32,000 nucleotides of DNA from an uncultured Gammaproteobacteria bacterium (GTDB lineage Bacteria; Patescibacteriota; Microgenomatia; Daviesbacterales; UBA10151): the NCBI GenBank assembly GCA_964360965.1, contig CAYHYM010000002.1:30001-62000 (forward strand), given 5' to 3'. This document shows, in pieces, positions 8,932 to 16,776 of this stretch (within the stretch, counting starts at the first letter, position 1; the number at the start of each line of letters is the position of its first letter). The position numbers were made by a program, and so were the translations under genes. The notes beneath the pieces were generated by a model. The model was not told the origin of the DNA. It did no database searches and saw only the letters and a list, made by a program, of their open reading frames with translations.

Positions 8932-9030
8932 TCGATTAACACTCAGGTCTTCGACTCCGAGGTCGCTCAGACTCGAGGAGGTCGTACTGAGTGGAATCGA
9001 AGTACGGCTTCGCTCAGGGTCGTGGTCGGT
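8932..9030. repeat. GC-rich intergenic repeat block (CTTCG / GCTCAG family)
   Basis: Sequence CTCAGGTCTTCGACTCCGAGGTCGCTCAGACTCGAGGAGGTCGTACTGAGTGGAATCGAAGTACGGCTTCGCTCAGGGTCG. It shares the exact 12-mer GGCTTCGCTCAG with 21157-21168. Confidence 0.55.
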
Positions 9031-10086
9031 TTAACGCAAACCTCCCGTGACTTTAACTTTAGACAGTAAATCCAGATTATTTAACACTTCCCCACAGCCC
9101 CTAACCACAGTAGTTAGCGGATCATCTACCACGACAACCGACAGCTTAACCTCCTGAGTAATTTTTTTATCCAAACCAGCAAGTAATGCCCCTCCACCGG
9201 CCAAATATATACCATGGTCTAAAATATCAGACATTAGTTCCGGAGGTGTTTCTTCCAAAATCTCCTGAATCCCGGAAACTATTTGATTGACTGTGGGAGC
9301 AATAGCTTCCCTGACCTCATCAGAGGTAATTTTTAAACTTTTTGGCAGTCCTGTTGATAAATCTCTTCCTCTTACCACAGCCTCTTTATTCCCCATGTCA
9401 TAGGCTGAACCTATGTCAATTTTTATCTCTTCAGCTGACCTTTGTCCTATCAAAAGAGAGTAGCGCGTTCTTAAATAATTGATGATATCCTCATCCATCT
9501 CATCACCACCAATCCTCAAAGATTTATTTATCACCATTCCTCCCAAAGATATCACCGCAATCTCTGTGGTTCCCCCCCCAATATCTGTAATCATCACCCC
9601 TTGCGGCTCCTCTATACTCAGTTTGGAGCCAATGGCAGCTGCCATTGGCTCCTCTATTAAAAAAGCCTGCCTGGCTCCAGCTGACAAACAAGCATCCTGT
9701 ACTGCCCTTCTTTCCACCTCTGTCACCCCGGATGGAATGCCCACCACTACCCTTGGTTTGGGAATTTTTGGCAGCCCCCATTTGGTGGTGGGGGGGTTTT
9801 TATGAACCTTTTGGATAAAATAGCGCAGCATGGCCTCAGTGGTATCAAAATCGGAAATAACCCCGTCCCGCAAAGGTCTGACTGCTTCAATGGCAGCAGG
9901 GGTTCTGCCCAGCATTCTTTTGGCCTCAGAGCCAACAGCCAAAATTTGTCTGGTTTTTCTATGCAGCGCCACCACACTTGGCTCCCGGATGAGGATTCCT
10001 TTGCCTTTAACATAAACTAAGGTATTAACAGTGCCTAAATCAATACCTATATCATGGGAGAAAATTTGCCAGATGCGATCTAACAT
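9031..10086 (-). CDS. mreB: rod shape-determining actin-like protein MreB
   Basis: 351 aa with DIGIDLGTVNTLVY, the DIGGGTTE phosphate motifs and LAGGGALL. Confidence 0.95.
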   Translation of the reverse strand: MLDRIWQIFSHDIGIDLGTVNTLVYVKGKGILIREPSVVALHRKTRQILAVGSEAKRMLGRTPAAIEAVRPLRDGVISDFDTTEAMLRYFIQKVHKNPPTTKWGLPKIPKPRVVVGIPSGVTEVERRAVQDACLSAGARQAFLIEEPMAAAIGSKLSIEEPQGVMITDIGGGTTEIAVISLGGMVINKSLRIGGDEMDEDIINYLRTRYSLLIGQRSAEEIKIDIGSAYDMGNKEAVVRGRDLSTGLPKSLKITSDEVREAIAPTVNQIVSGIQEILEETPPELMSDILDHGIYLAGGGALLAGLDKKITQEVKLSVVVVDDPLTTVVRGCGEVLNNLDLLSKVKVTGGLR

Positions 10087-10152
10087 GATGGGAGTTTAAC
10101 ACATAAAGCTTTCCTCAAACAAGGTTTTCTGGTAAGCTAGTGGCAAGAATCT

Positions 10153-12243
10153 ATGCTTGACAAAATCATTCAATATTCTTTTTATCTTTTATTCTTTCTC
10201 ACTCCCCTTTTTTGGACTCCTGTAAATTATGAGCTTTTTGAATTCAATAAAATGCTGCTGGTTTACTTTTTAACCATTGTAATAGTGCTGACTTGGATTT
10301 TAAAAATGATAAATCAAAAAACACTGATCTTAAACAGGACCCCCTTAGATATTCCACTTCTTTTATTTTTGGGAGCGAATATCTTGTCTACCATCTTTTC
10401 CATAGATACCCATACTTCTATTTGGGGATACTACTCAAGATCAAATGGGGGGCTTCTATCCATAGTTTCATACCTGCTATTATATTGGGCCTTTGTTTCA
10501 AACATGGATGCGCCCAAGGTCTTAAACACCCTCAAGTTTGGGTTAGTATCAGGACTGATCATCTCTTTATGGGGAATTGCAGAACACTTTGGAGTGTCAC
10601 CTTCTTGTGTGATCTTGCGAGGGGAATTCAATGCCTCCTGTTGGATACAGGATGTGCAATCCAGAGTTTTTGCCACTTTAGGCCAGCCCAACTGGCTAGC
10701 GGCATACCTTGCCATGTTAATTTTTCCAAGCTTATATTTCTTTTTAACAGCCAAAAACCGTATACTACAAACTACCTACTACCTACTACTAGTTACCTCT
10801 TATCTGGCTTTTACTTTTACCTACTCCAGAGGCCCAATTTTGGGGCTGATAACTGGAATGATAGTGTTTCTCATTCTGTCATTCCCGCGTAGGTCATCGA
10901 CCGTCGGGATGACAAAAAGGGTACTTATCGTTTTAGCTACATTTTTTCTTATCAATCTCCTCTTTGGCTCTGCCTTAACCAACTTTAGACTGGTCTCCAA
11001 ATTTGCCCCCCCACCCAGACCGGCTATTTCACTACCTACTCCAGCCTCAACTGTCACCCAGCTTGAACAAGGCGGAACCGAATCAGGACAAATCCGCTTG
11101 ATTGTCTGGAAAGGGGCTTTGGAGATCTTCAAACATTTCCCAATTTTTGGTTCAGGTGTGGAAACCTTTGCCATATCCTACTTCCAGTTCCGGCCACAGG
11201 CTCATAATTTGGTCTCAGAATGGGATTTTTTATATAACAAGGCCCACAATGAGTTTTTAAATTATTTAGCCAATACCGGACTGGTGGGACTGGGGACATA
11301 TTTGATAATTATTATAACTTTTATAATAATTATACTAAAGCGCAAAGGAACCGACCATTTACTACTTTTATCCCTCCTTGCCAGCTATTTAAGCTACCAT
11401 GTGACCAACTTTTTTGGCTTTTCCGTTGTTGCAACAGCCCTCCTTTTTTACCTATTTCCAGCATTAGCCTTTGTTGCCACAGAATCCACAAAAGCGCTTA
11501 AATTGTCAACTGTCAATTGGATCTACCGTCGTCCCCTTTACACCAAACTTGCCAAAGGCGTGGTGATCTTTTTAACTCTCTATCTTCTATATTTCATTAT
11601 TAAGCTTTGGTATGCGGATAACCTTTTTGCCAAAGGCATGAAAGAATCAGAGACCGGTAATGTGGGATCATCTTATAATTTTTTATTGTCTGCCAGCATT
11701 TTAAACAGCAACGAGCCATTTTATAGATCTGAGCTGTCATTTGCAGCAGCCTCTGCAGCGCTGTCTCTTTCACCGGGTGAAGCCACGCTTTCGACAAAAC
11801 TTAAAGATCAGGCCACTCAAGAATCAGAAAAAGTGCTTAAATCATCCCCCAAAAATGTGTCATTTTGGCGAACTGCCATCAGAACCTATTTTCAACTATC
11901 AGCTCTTGATGAATCATTTTTCCCAAAAACCATGGCAGCCCTTGATCAAACCATCAAGCTGGCTCCCACTGATGCCAAACTGTACTACAACAAAGCCATA
12001 CTTTTGGGACAAAAAAATGATAATGAAGATGCCAAAGAAGCTTTAAAAAAAGCCATTGAACTTAAACCAAATTATAGGGAAAGTTACCTTGCTTTAGGGA
12101 TATTTTACTTTGATGAAGGAAAGAGTAAAGAGGCTGTTGAGACTATGCAAAAAGTGCTGACTTTAGTGCCGGGTGATGCTGATGCGCTTAATCAGCTTAA
12201 TGAGTGGGGCAAGCAAGGAATTGCTACGCAATCAGGGCAATGA
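10153..12243 (+). CDS. O-antigen ligase (Wzy_C)-like polytopic membrane protein with C-terminal TPR repeats
   Basis: 696 aa with more than 10 TM segments. Has YSRGPILGLITG and NKAHNEFLNYLANTGLVGL, typical of the O-antigen ligase domain. C-terminal TPRs (AKLYYNKAILLGQKNDNEDAKEALKKAIELKPNYRESYLALGIFYF). Confidence 0.8.
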   Translation: MLDKIIQYSFYLLFFLTPLFWTPVNYELFEFNKMLLVYFLTIVIVLTWILKMINQKTLILNRTPLDIPLLLFLGANILSTIFSIDTHTSIWGYYSRSNGGLLSIVSYLLLYWAFVSNMDAPKVLNTLKFGLVSGLIISLWGIAEHFGVSPSCVILRGEFNASCWIQDVQSRVFATLGQPNWLAAYLAMLIFPSLYFFLTAKNRILQTTYYLLLVTSYLAFTFTYSRGPILGLITGMIVFLILSFPRRSSTVGMTKRVLIVLATFFLINLLFGSALTNFRLVSKFAPPPRPAISLPTPASTVTQLEQGGTESGQIRLIVWKGALEIFKHFPIFGSGVETFAISYFQFRPQAHNLVSEWDFLYNKAHNEFLNYLANTGLVGLGTYLIIIITFIIIILKRKGTDHLLLLSLLASYLSYHVTNFFGFSVVATALLFYLFPALAFVATESTKALKLSTVNWIYRRPLYTKLAKGVVIFLTLYLLYFIIKLWYADNLFAKGMKESETGNVGSSYNFLLSASILNSNEPFYRSELSFAAASAALSLSPGEATLSTKLKDQATQESEKVLKSSPKNVSFWRTAIRTYFQLSALDESFFPKTMAALDQTIKLAPTDAKLYYNKAILLGQKNDNEDAKEALKKAIELKPNYRESYLALGIFYFDEGKSKEAVETMQKVLTLVPGDADALNQLNEWGKQGIATQSGQ
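10878..10913. repeat. 36-nt GC-rich hairpin element inserted in frame in the O-antigen-ligase-like CDS
   Basis: GTCATTCCCGCGTAGGTCATCGACCGTCGGGATGAC. Its termini GTCATTCCCG and CGGGATGAC are inverted repeats. It spans exactly 12 codons and is read as SFPRRSSTVGMT. It has the same GTCAYYCC termini as the intergenic element at 4198-4268. Confidence 0.6.
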
Positions 12244-12506
12244 AATCAATAAAAACTATCATTGCAGAAACTAAATTCAAAGCCAGGCCTAAAAACATCA
12301 GCCGTGAGTTTCAAGTTTATGGAGTCTATCTGGCAGAAACTTTAAATGATACCAAACACTATTCTTTATATATCAAGCTGGCTAAAGAGCTGCCCAGACC
12401 AATTTTAGAGGAGGCCTTAAATTTCACCAAGGGATATTATGGAGCCAAATCAAAAGCCAAAATCTTCATGTGGAAATTACAGCAATTAAAGAGTAAAATA
12501 ATATAA
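12240..12506 (+). CDS. hypothetical protein (88 aa)
   Basis: The ATG at 12240 overlaps the upstream stop (ATGA). Basic protein, MKSIKTIIAETKFKARPKNISREFQVYGVYLAE...IFMWKLQQLK. No family recognised. Confidence 0.4.
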   Translation: MKSIKTIIAETKFKARPKNISREFQVYGVYLAETLNDTKHYSLYIKLAKELPRPILEEALNFTKGYYGAKSKAKIFMWKLQQLKSKII

Positions 12507-12508
12507 AT

Positions 12509-12823
12509 ATGGCTGAAGAAAAATTTGATCAATCATCCCGACCTGTTCCTCTTGCAGAGAGTGATCTTTCTCCTATTAAACCTTTAACTGCTTCTAACGT
12601 GCTAAAAATTGCCCAAAGATACATCGAAGCTTCATTCGCCAATAGAAGATTTAACAAAATAATTGCTCAAGCCACAGGAGATATAGATGAAGAAGTCATT
12701 ATGGAATTTCATTATGAGGCAGGACAAGCTGATGCATTCAGGAAAGTCTTAAAAATGGTGGGCCAGGACAATTTAGTATCCAAAGTCAATAAAGGTCTGG
12801 ATCAAGTGATTGAACAGCCTTAA
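12509..12823 (+). CDS. hypothetical protein (104 aa)
   Basis: ORF starts 2 nt after the previous stop. No recognisable motifs. Confidence 0.4.
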   Translation: MAEEKFDQSSRPVPLAESDLSPIKPLTASNVLKIAQRYIEASFANRRFNKIIAQATGDIDEEVIMEFHYEAGQADAFRKVLKMVGQDNLVSKVNKGLDQVIEQP

Positions 12824-13326
12824 AGGGAGAGAATTTGGGAATAATCGTGCGGGACAAAACTTAACTTTCTTGGTAAAATTTTATGGTCCTTCCATCTTCG
12901 ACGGTTTTTGGGGTCAACTTGTATCTGGATCGAATGGTTAAAACCTGCCGGCTCAATATTGGGCAAACCGCTGATATTTAATTCCGCTTGTTCACCTTCA
13001 TCAGGATAAAGAAGATATCCGAACCTTCCAACCTGTAAATGTTCTATCAGATGAACGATTTTTAACTGATCAGCATCTACCTCACCCAACCTAATCCTGA
13101 TGGCAATTTCCCAGGCAGTAATTCTCCCATCCTCTGGTAAATACTCCAAGAAATGTTGTTTGGCCCCAAAACCCAAAAAATGCTGACTCCATAAAATGGC
13201 ACCGTCATCAGTTGCAAAAGTACCATTAGGCTTTAAGCTTTCAGGCTTAATTCCTGACTTTAAACGCCTGATAATGGGAGGCAAATCCCAAGTAGCACTT
13301 AGTTTTGTATGCACTAATTTATCCAA
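12820..13326 (-). CDS. hypothetical protein
   Basis: The ORF is open to 13425, but that would overlap def by 80 nt. In-frame TTG (13326) or GTG (13314) avoid the overlap, so the start is uncertain. No family recognised. Confidence 0.4.
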   Translation of the reverse strand: MDKLVHTKLSATWDLPPIIRRLKSGIKPESLKPNGTFATDDGAILWSQHFLGFGAKQHFLEYLPEDGRITAWEIAIRIRLGEVDADQLKIVHLIEHLQVGRFGYLLYPDEGEQAELNISGLPNIEPAGFNHSIQIQVDPKNRRRWKDHKILPRKLSFVPHDYSQILSL

Positions 13327-13344
13327 TTTGTTACAATCCCCATA

Positions 13345-13920
13345 ATGGAAGTTGTCAAAGCGCCTGATCCCAGGCTTAAAATTCAGACAAAACCTGTCAA
13401 AAAAATAAATCCAGCTCTTTTGCAAATTTTAAAAGAGATGATTAAACTGACCAAAACCTTTAAGGAACCGGAAGGTGTGGGTTTGGCCTCCACCCAAATA
13501 GGTTTGGATGAGGCTTTTTTTGTAGCTCGCCTCGATGAGTCGGCGAAGCCACGCCAAAGGCGGGCGAAGCGGGCCAAAAATGGCAATCCGCCAGCTGGCG
13601 GATTTATTTCTGTTATAAATCCTAAAGTTTTATCTTATGGTAAACGCACTAAAAAATATTTTGAAGGATGCCTGTCTTCTCCCAATATTTGGGGTGAAGT
13701 TAAAAGATATACCTTAATGAAGGTTTCTTACCAGGATTCACATGGAAAATCCATCACCCAGACTTTCAAAGGAATCACTGCCTGGATTTTCCAGCATGAA
13801 ATGGATCACTTAAATGGAATTTTATTCCAGGATCGGGTTTTGCAACAAAAAGGCAAGTTTTTTAAATTTACAGGCCGTGATAAAACAGGTCAGGATATAT
13901 TTGAAGAGGTAACAATATGA
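13345..13920 (+). CDS. def: peptide deformylase
   Basis: Motif 1 GVGLASTQIG, motif 2 EGCLS and motif 3 HEMDHLNG. Carries an extra GC-rich insert of about 20-25 aa (DESAKPRQRRAKRAKNGNPPAGG) between motif 1 and the INPK strand. Confidence 0.9.
   Translation: MEVVKAPDPRLKIQTKPVKKINPALLQILKEMIKLTKTFKEPEGVGLASTQIGLDEAFFVARLDESAKPRQRRAKRAKNGNPPAGGFISVINPKVLSYGKRTKKYFEGCLSSPNIWGEVKRYTLMKVSYQDSHGKSITQTFKGITAWIFQHEMDHLNGILFQDRVLQQKGKFFKFTGRDKTGQDIFEEVTI
13526..13604. repeat. GC-rich in-frame insert in def ending in a perfect 18-nt palindrome
   Basis: The tract CTCGCCTCGATGAGTCGGCGAAGCCACGCCAAAGGCGGGCGAAGCGGGCC...ATCCGCCAGCTGGCGGAT sits in an otherwise AT-rich gene. The palindrome is at 13586-13603. 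A near-identical copy lies at 26742-26758. Confidence 0.6.
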
Positions 13921-14786
13921 AAAAAATTGTTTATTTCGGTACTCCTGAGTTTAGCGCCTATATCCTGGAAAAACTGCTTCAGTTTTGCCAGACAAAAAAA
14001 TTCATTGTTCAGACAGTGGTCACTAGAGCAGATAAACCTGTGGGCAGAGAACAGACTGTGATGCAATCTCCAGTTGCCATGGTGGCCCAAAAATATGGCA
14101 TTCTTGCTTTAAAACCACTTAAGCTTGATGAGCAGTTCCTCATTACCAACTACCCACTACTAACTGCTGACCTCTTCATAGTGGCTTCTTATGGCAAAAT
14201 TATCCCTCAAAGTTTACTTGATATACCCAGGTTAGGCTCAATTAATGTTCATCCATCTCTTCTACCTAAATATAGGGGGCCAGCACCAATCCTTACCCCC
14301 ATCTTAAATGGTGATAAAGAAACTGGAGTAACAATCATGTTAATGGACGCGGAAATGGATCATGGGCCACTTCTTGCTACAAGCAAGATTAGTATATCAG
14401 ATCAGGATAATCATCAGACTCTGACTACAAAACTTGCTCAGGGGTCTGCCCCACTTTTAATTGAAACTTTGGTTAAATTTGTTGGGGGAAGGATAAAACC
14501 CAAGAAACAAAAACACTCTCAGGCCACTTTTACCAAGTTTACCAAAAAAGAAGATAGTTATTTTGATATTAGCAGTCCCCCTGATCCAGAGGTTTTAGAA
14601 AGAATGATCAGGGCATATTATCCCTGGCCAGTTGTTTGGACCCGCTTTCGCCCTTCGGGCTCCAGCGGGCAAGCCCGCATCGTTAAATTCCTACCCAACA
14701 ATATGCTGCAAATGGAAGGCAAAAAGCCAATATCTTTCAAAGACTTCCTAAACGGCTACCCAGATTTTCCCTTTAAAAGTATTTAA
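13917..14786 (+). CDS. fmt: methionyl-tRNA formyltransferase
   Basis: 289 aa with NVHPSLLPKYRGPAPI and an N-terminal formyltransferase fold. Has the ATGA overlap with def, the classical def-fmt pair. Confidence 0.9.
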   Translation: MKKIVYFGTPEFSAYILEKLLQFCQTKKFIVQTVVTRADKPVGREQTVMQSPVAMVAQKYGILALKPLKLDEQFLITNYPLLTADLFIVASYGKIIPQSLLDIPRLGSINVHPSLLPKYRGPAPILTPILNGDKETGVTIMLMDAEMDHGPLLATSKISISDQDNHQTLTTKLAQGSAPLLIETLVKFVGGRIKPKKQKHSQATFTKFTKKEDSYFDISSPPDPEVLERMIRAYYPWPVVWTRFRPSGSSGQARIVKFLPNNMLQMEGKKPISFKDFLNGYPDFPFKSI

Positions 14787-14852
14787 AATTTGAAATTTAG
14801 TAAAAAATTTGTATAATTCATCCTTGGTGGAGAAAGTGGCAGCAGAGATTTC

Positions 14853-14925
14853 CCACTTGCAGACAATCCAAGCACTTAAATAGCTTTCAAGATTTCCTCA
14901 ATAGTTATCCAGATCTTCCAATAAT
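14853..14925 (+). pseudogene. vestigial duplicate of the fmt 3' end
   Basis: AGCTTTCAAGATTTCCTCAATAGTTATCCAGATCTTCCA (SFQDFLNSYPDLP) parallels the real fmt end ATCTTTCAAAGACTTCCTAAACGGCTACCCAGATTTTCCC (SFKDFLNGYPDFP). The upstream HLQTIQALK parallels NMLQMEGKK but in a shifted frame with a stop codon. Confidence 0.5.
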
Positions 14926-14942
14926 TTCTCTTCCTCCTAAAA

Positions 14943-16772
14943 TTAGACTTTAAGATCACCATAACGAGCGTAAATATGACCTCTATGTCCAATTGCTTCC
15001 ACCAGACAGTTGTTACCACCCAAAGGATTGTAAACTATTCTAAAATCACCTACTCTATCAACTAATCTTTTACCACCGGACCACTCAATCATTTTAGGTC
15101 GAACTTGACCTAAGGCAAACATCCTGATATGCTCACTCATTTTATCAACATCTTTTGGCCTGGGATGTCCCCCCATTAGTTCAGTCAGTGAGAATCTGGA
15201 AGAATTTATAACATGATATTTAGGTTCTGGCAACTCTGTTGTATTAACTGGTTTAGGCCCAGCCAAATATTGAGCTATAGGAGTGAACACTTTACTCACC
15301 TTATGATGCTCCCTCTTTGGAAATGGTAACCTAATAGGCTCTTGCCAAACAGCTTCTTGATCTACTTGAGCAGGTTGAACTTCTGCTTGTTCCACTCTGC
15401 GATAATCAGACAATCTGATTGGTTCCCGATTGGGATGCATTTTTCTGGCTTCTTCTAATATGGGAGGCAAGATATCGGAAAATACTGCTTTGATAAAATG
15501 TTCGTGATCTACTACAAGTTTGGCTGGCATTCCATAAAATTTACCATTCTGACCAATTTCTAAAGTAAGATGAGTTTCATCATCAGCAAAATGCAAAATA
15601 AGGACAAGAGTTTGTTTGTTTTGGCAAGTCAAAGTTATATTAGTTACAACATGACCTTCCGGCATTTTAAAATTTAGTTGTCTGTGAGGTGAACGCATCA
15701 CATCAGAATATAAATCCTTAAAATAGAAATCTATCAATCTATCAATTAAATTATCCGAATTATTATAAAGACCTTCAAGTTCTGTATCTGTCAGCTTATT
15801 TTTACCATAAAATTGAGCAAATTGATCTAGAGCCCGACCATCCGTTTTTTCATCATAATGTTGGTATTTTTCTAAATTAGCAGGTAAAGTTTTTTCTCTA
15901 TATGCCTCTTTGGCCCCCATCTCCATTGTTTCTAATATCCCGCTGTTTCTCCAGAAGAATGGGGAAAAGGAAGTTTCTACCCTGGTTTGAAAAAGCTTGA
16001 TGGCAGATGAAGGTGTAATGCCAAGCCTTCCTGGCATGTATATGCCCAAAGCCAGTGGCAATCCTGGCTCGGTGTAGGCTAAAGTTTTACGAAAGGAGAA
16101 CTCATCCTTAAGACCCATATCAAAGTTAACCATTAAATCTTTATAGTAGTCAAAGTAAGCGACCAGCCTATTATGCAAAGGATGTAAGGAGGGGAAAACT
16201 AAATTTTTCTGCTCGGGCCTGGCAAATTCTTGTGTTGCCAAATAGATCATGGCCTGGAGCATAACCGGAGATCTTCCAGCATGAAACATCCGATTTATTC
16301 TTCTGATACCTTCTGTGGGAAGGGGCAGGGACATTTGCTCTATATCAAAAAAAGAAGTTCCTTCAGAAGTTATTAAACCCAAAAAATTACTGCCACCTAA
16401 TTCTTGAGAATAAAAATCCTGCTCTTTGAATCTTTTGATTGCTGATTGGGGAAGAGTAACTAAACCTTTGTTTTCTGTTTGAGCCCGCTCCAAAAATATG
16501 GACAGTCCTCTTCTAACTTCCAGCCAGCGGCTTATAAAAGGTTTACCCCTATAAATAACTTTAGTGGGTTGGTGATCTTGTTCGTCAACAATCTGATTCC
16601 ATTCATCTATAGTTTCACCTAATAAATTATAATGTCTATTGTATTGCCCAGCTAAAGCCTGTGCTGAAGATGAATTTGATGACCTATTTTTGCGTCTGTC
16701 GGCACGGTTACCTAGCCCAACTTGAGGCTGGGTTTCTTGTTGGCCAGGTTGTATTTCCCTTCTGTCAAACAT
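14943..16772 (-). CDS. large protein of unknown function with C-terminal RelE/ParE-like toxin domain
   Basis: 609 aa from the ATG at 16772, which is 4 nt after the rpmB stop. The ORF-track start at 16787 is a TTG inside rpmB. The C-terminal ~74 aa (14943-15167) read HPRPKDVDKMSEHIRMFALGQVRPKMIEWSGGKRLVDRVGDFRIVYNPLGGNNCLVEAIGHRGHIY. This matches the RelE/ParE signature (RVGDYRIIY ... IGHRxxIY). The N-terminal ~535 aa match nothing I recognise. Confidence 0.7.
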   Translation of the reverse strand: MFDRREIQPGQQETQPQVGLGNRADRRKNRSSNSSSAQALAGQYNRHYNLLGETIDEWNQIVDEQDHQPTKVIYRGKPFISRWLEVRRGLSIFLERAQTENKGLVTLPQSAIKRFKEQDFYSQELGGSNFLGLITSEGTSFFDIEQMSLPLPTEGIRRINRMFHAGRSPVMLQAMIYLATQEFARPEQKNLVFPSLHPLHNRLVAYFDYYKDLMVNFDMGLKDEFSFRKTLAYTEPGLPLALGIYMPGRLGITPSSAIKLFQTRVETSFSPFFWRNSGILETMEMGAKEAYREKTLPANLEKYQHYDEKTDGRALDQFAQFYGKNKLTDTELEGLYNNSDNLIDRLIDFYFKDLYSDVMRSPHRQLNFKMPEGHVVTNITLTCQNKQTLVLILHFADDETHLTLEIGQNGKFYGMPAKLVVDHEHFIKAVFSDILPPILEEARKMHPNREPIRLSDYRRVEQAEVQPAQVDQEAVWQEPIRLPFPKREHHKVSKVFTPIAQYLAGPKPVNTTELPEPKYHVINSSRFSLTELMGGHPRPKDVDKMSEHIRMFALGQVRPKMIEWSGGKRLVDRVGDFRIVYNPLGGNNCLVEAIGHRGHIYARYGDLKV

Positions 16773-16776
16773 TTTA

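Noticed and set aside
9479-10020. Five overlapping ORFs on both strands within mreB
   Set aside because: mreB is unambiguous. The alternatives are typical shadow ORFs (Ser/Pro/Gly-rich) with no independent signals.
10293-12046. Alternative-frame ORFs inside the O-antigen-ligase/TPR gene (10293-10892, 10431-10754, 10821-11174, 11600-11797, 11741-12046)
   Set aside because: The 696-aa frame carries coherent TM topology, Wzy_C-type motifs and TPR repeats. The others are frame shadows.
12820-13425. Full-length 201-aa version of the minus-strand ORF, overlapping def by 80 nt
   Set aside because: The def start at 13345 gives the canonical PDF N-terminus. In-frame TTG and GTG codons at 13326 and 13314 avoid the overlap, so the shorter version was preferred. 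The start remains uncertain.
16338-16397. Possible nucleotidyltransferase-like G[GS]-x(n)-D-x-[DE] pattern (GGSNFLGLITSEGTSFFDIE) in the N-terminal part of the RelE-fusion protein
   Set aside because: The spacing (14 residues) and the residues around it do not match the minimal NTase motif well. A single short pattern is too weak to base a domain call on.
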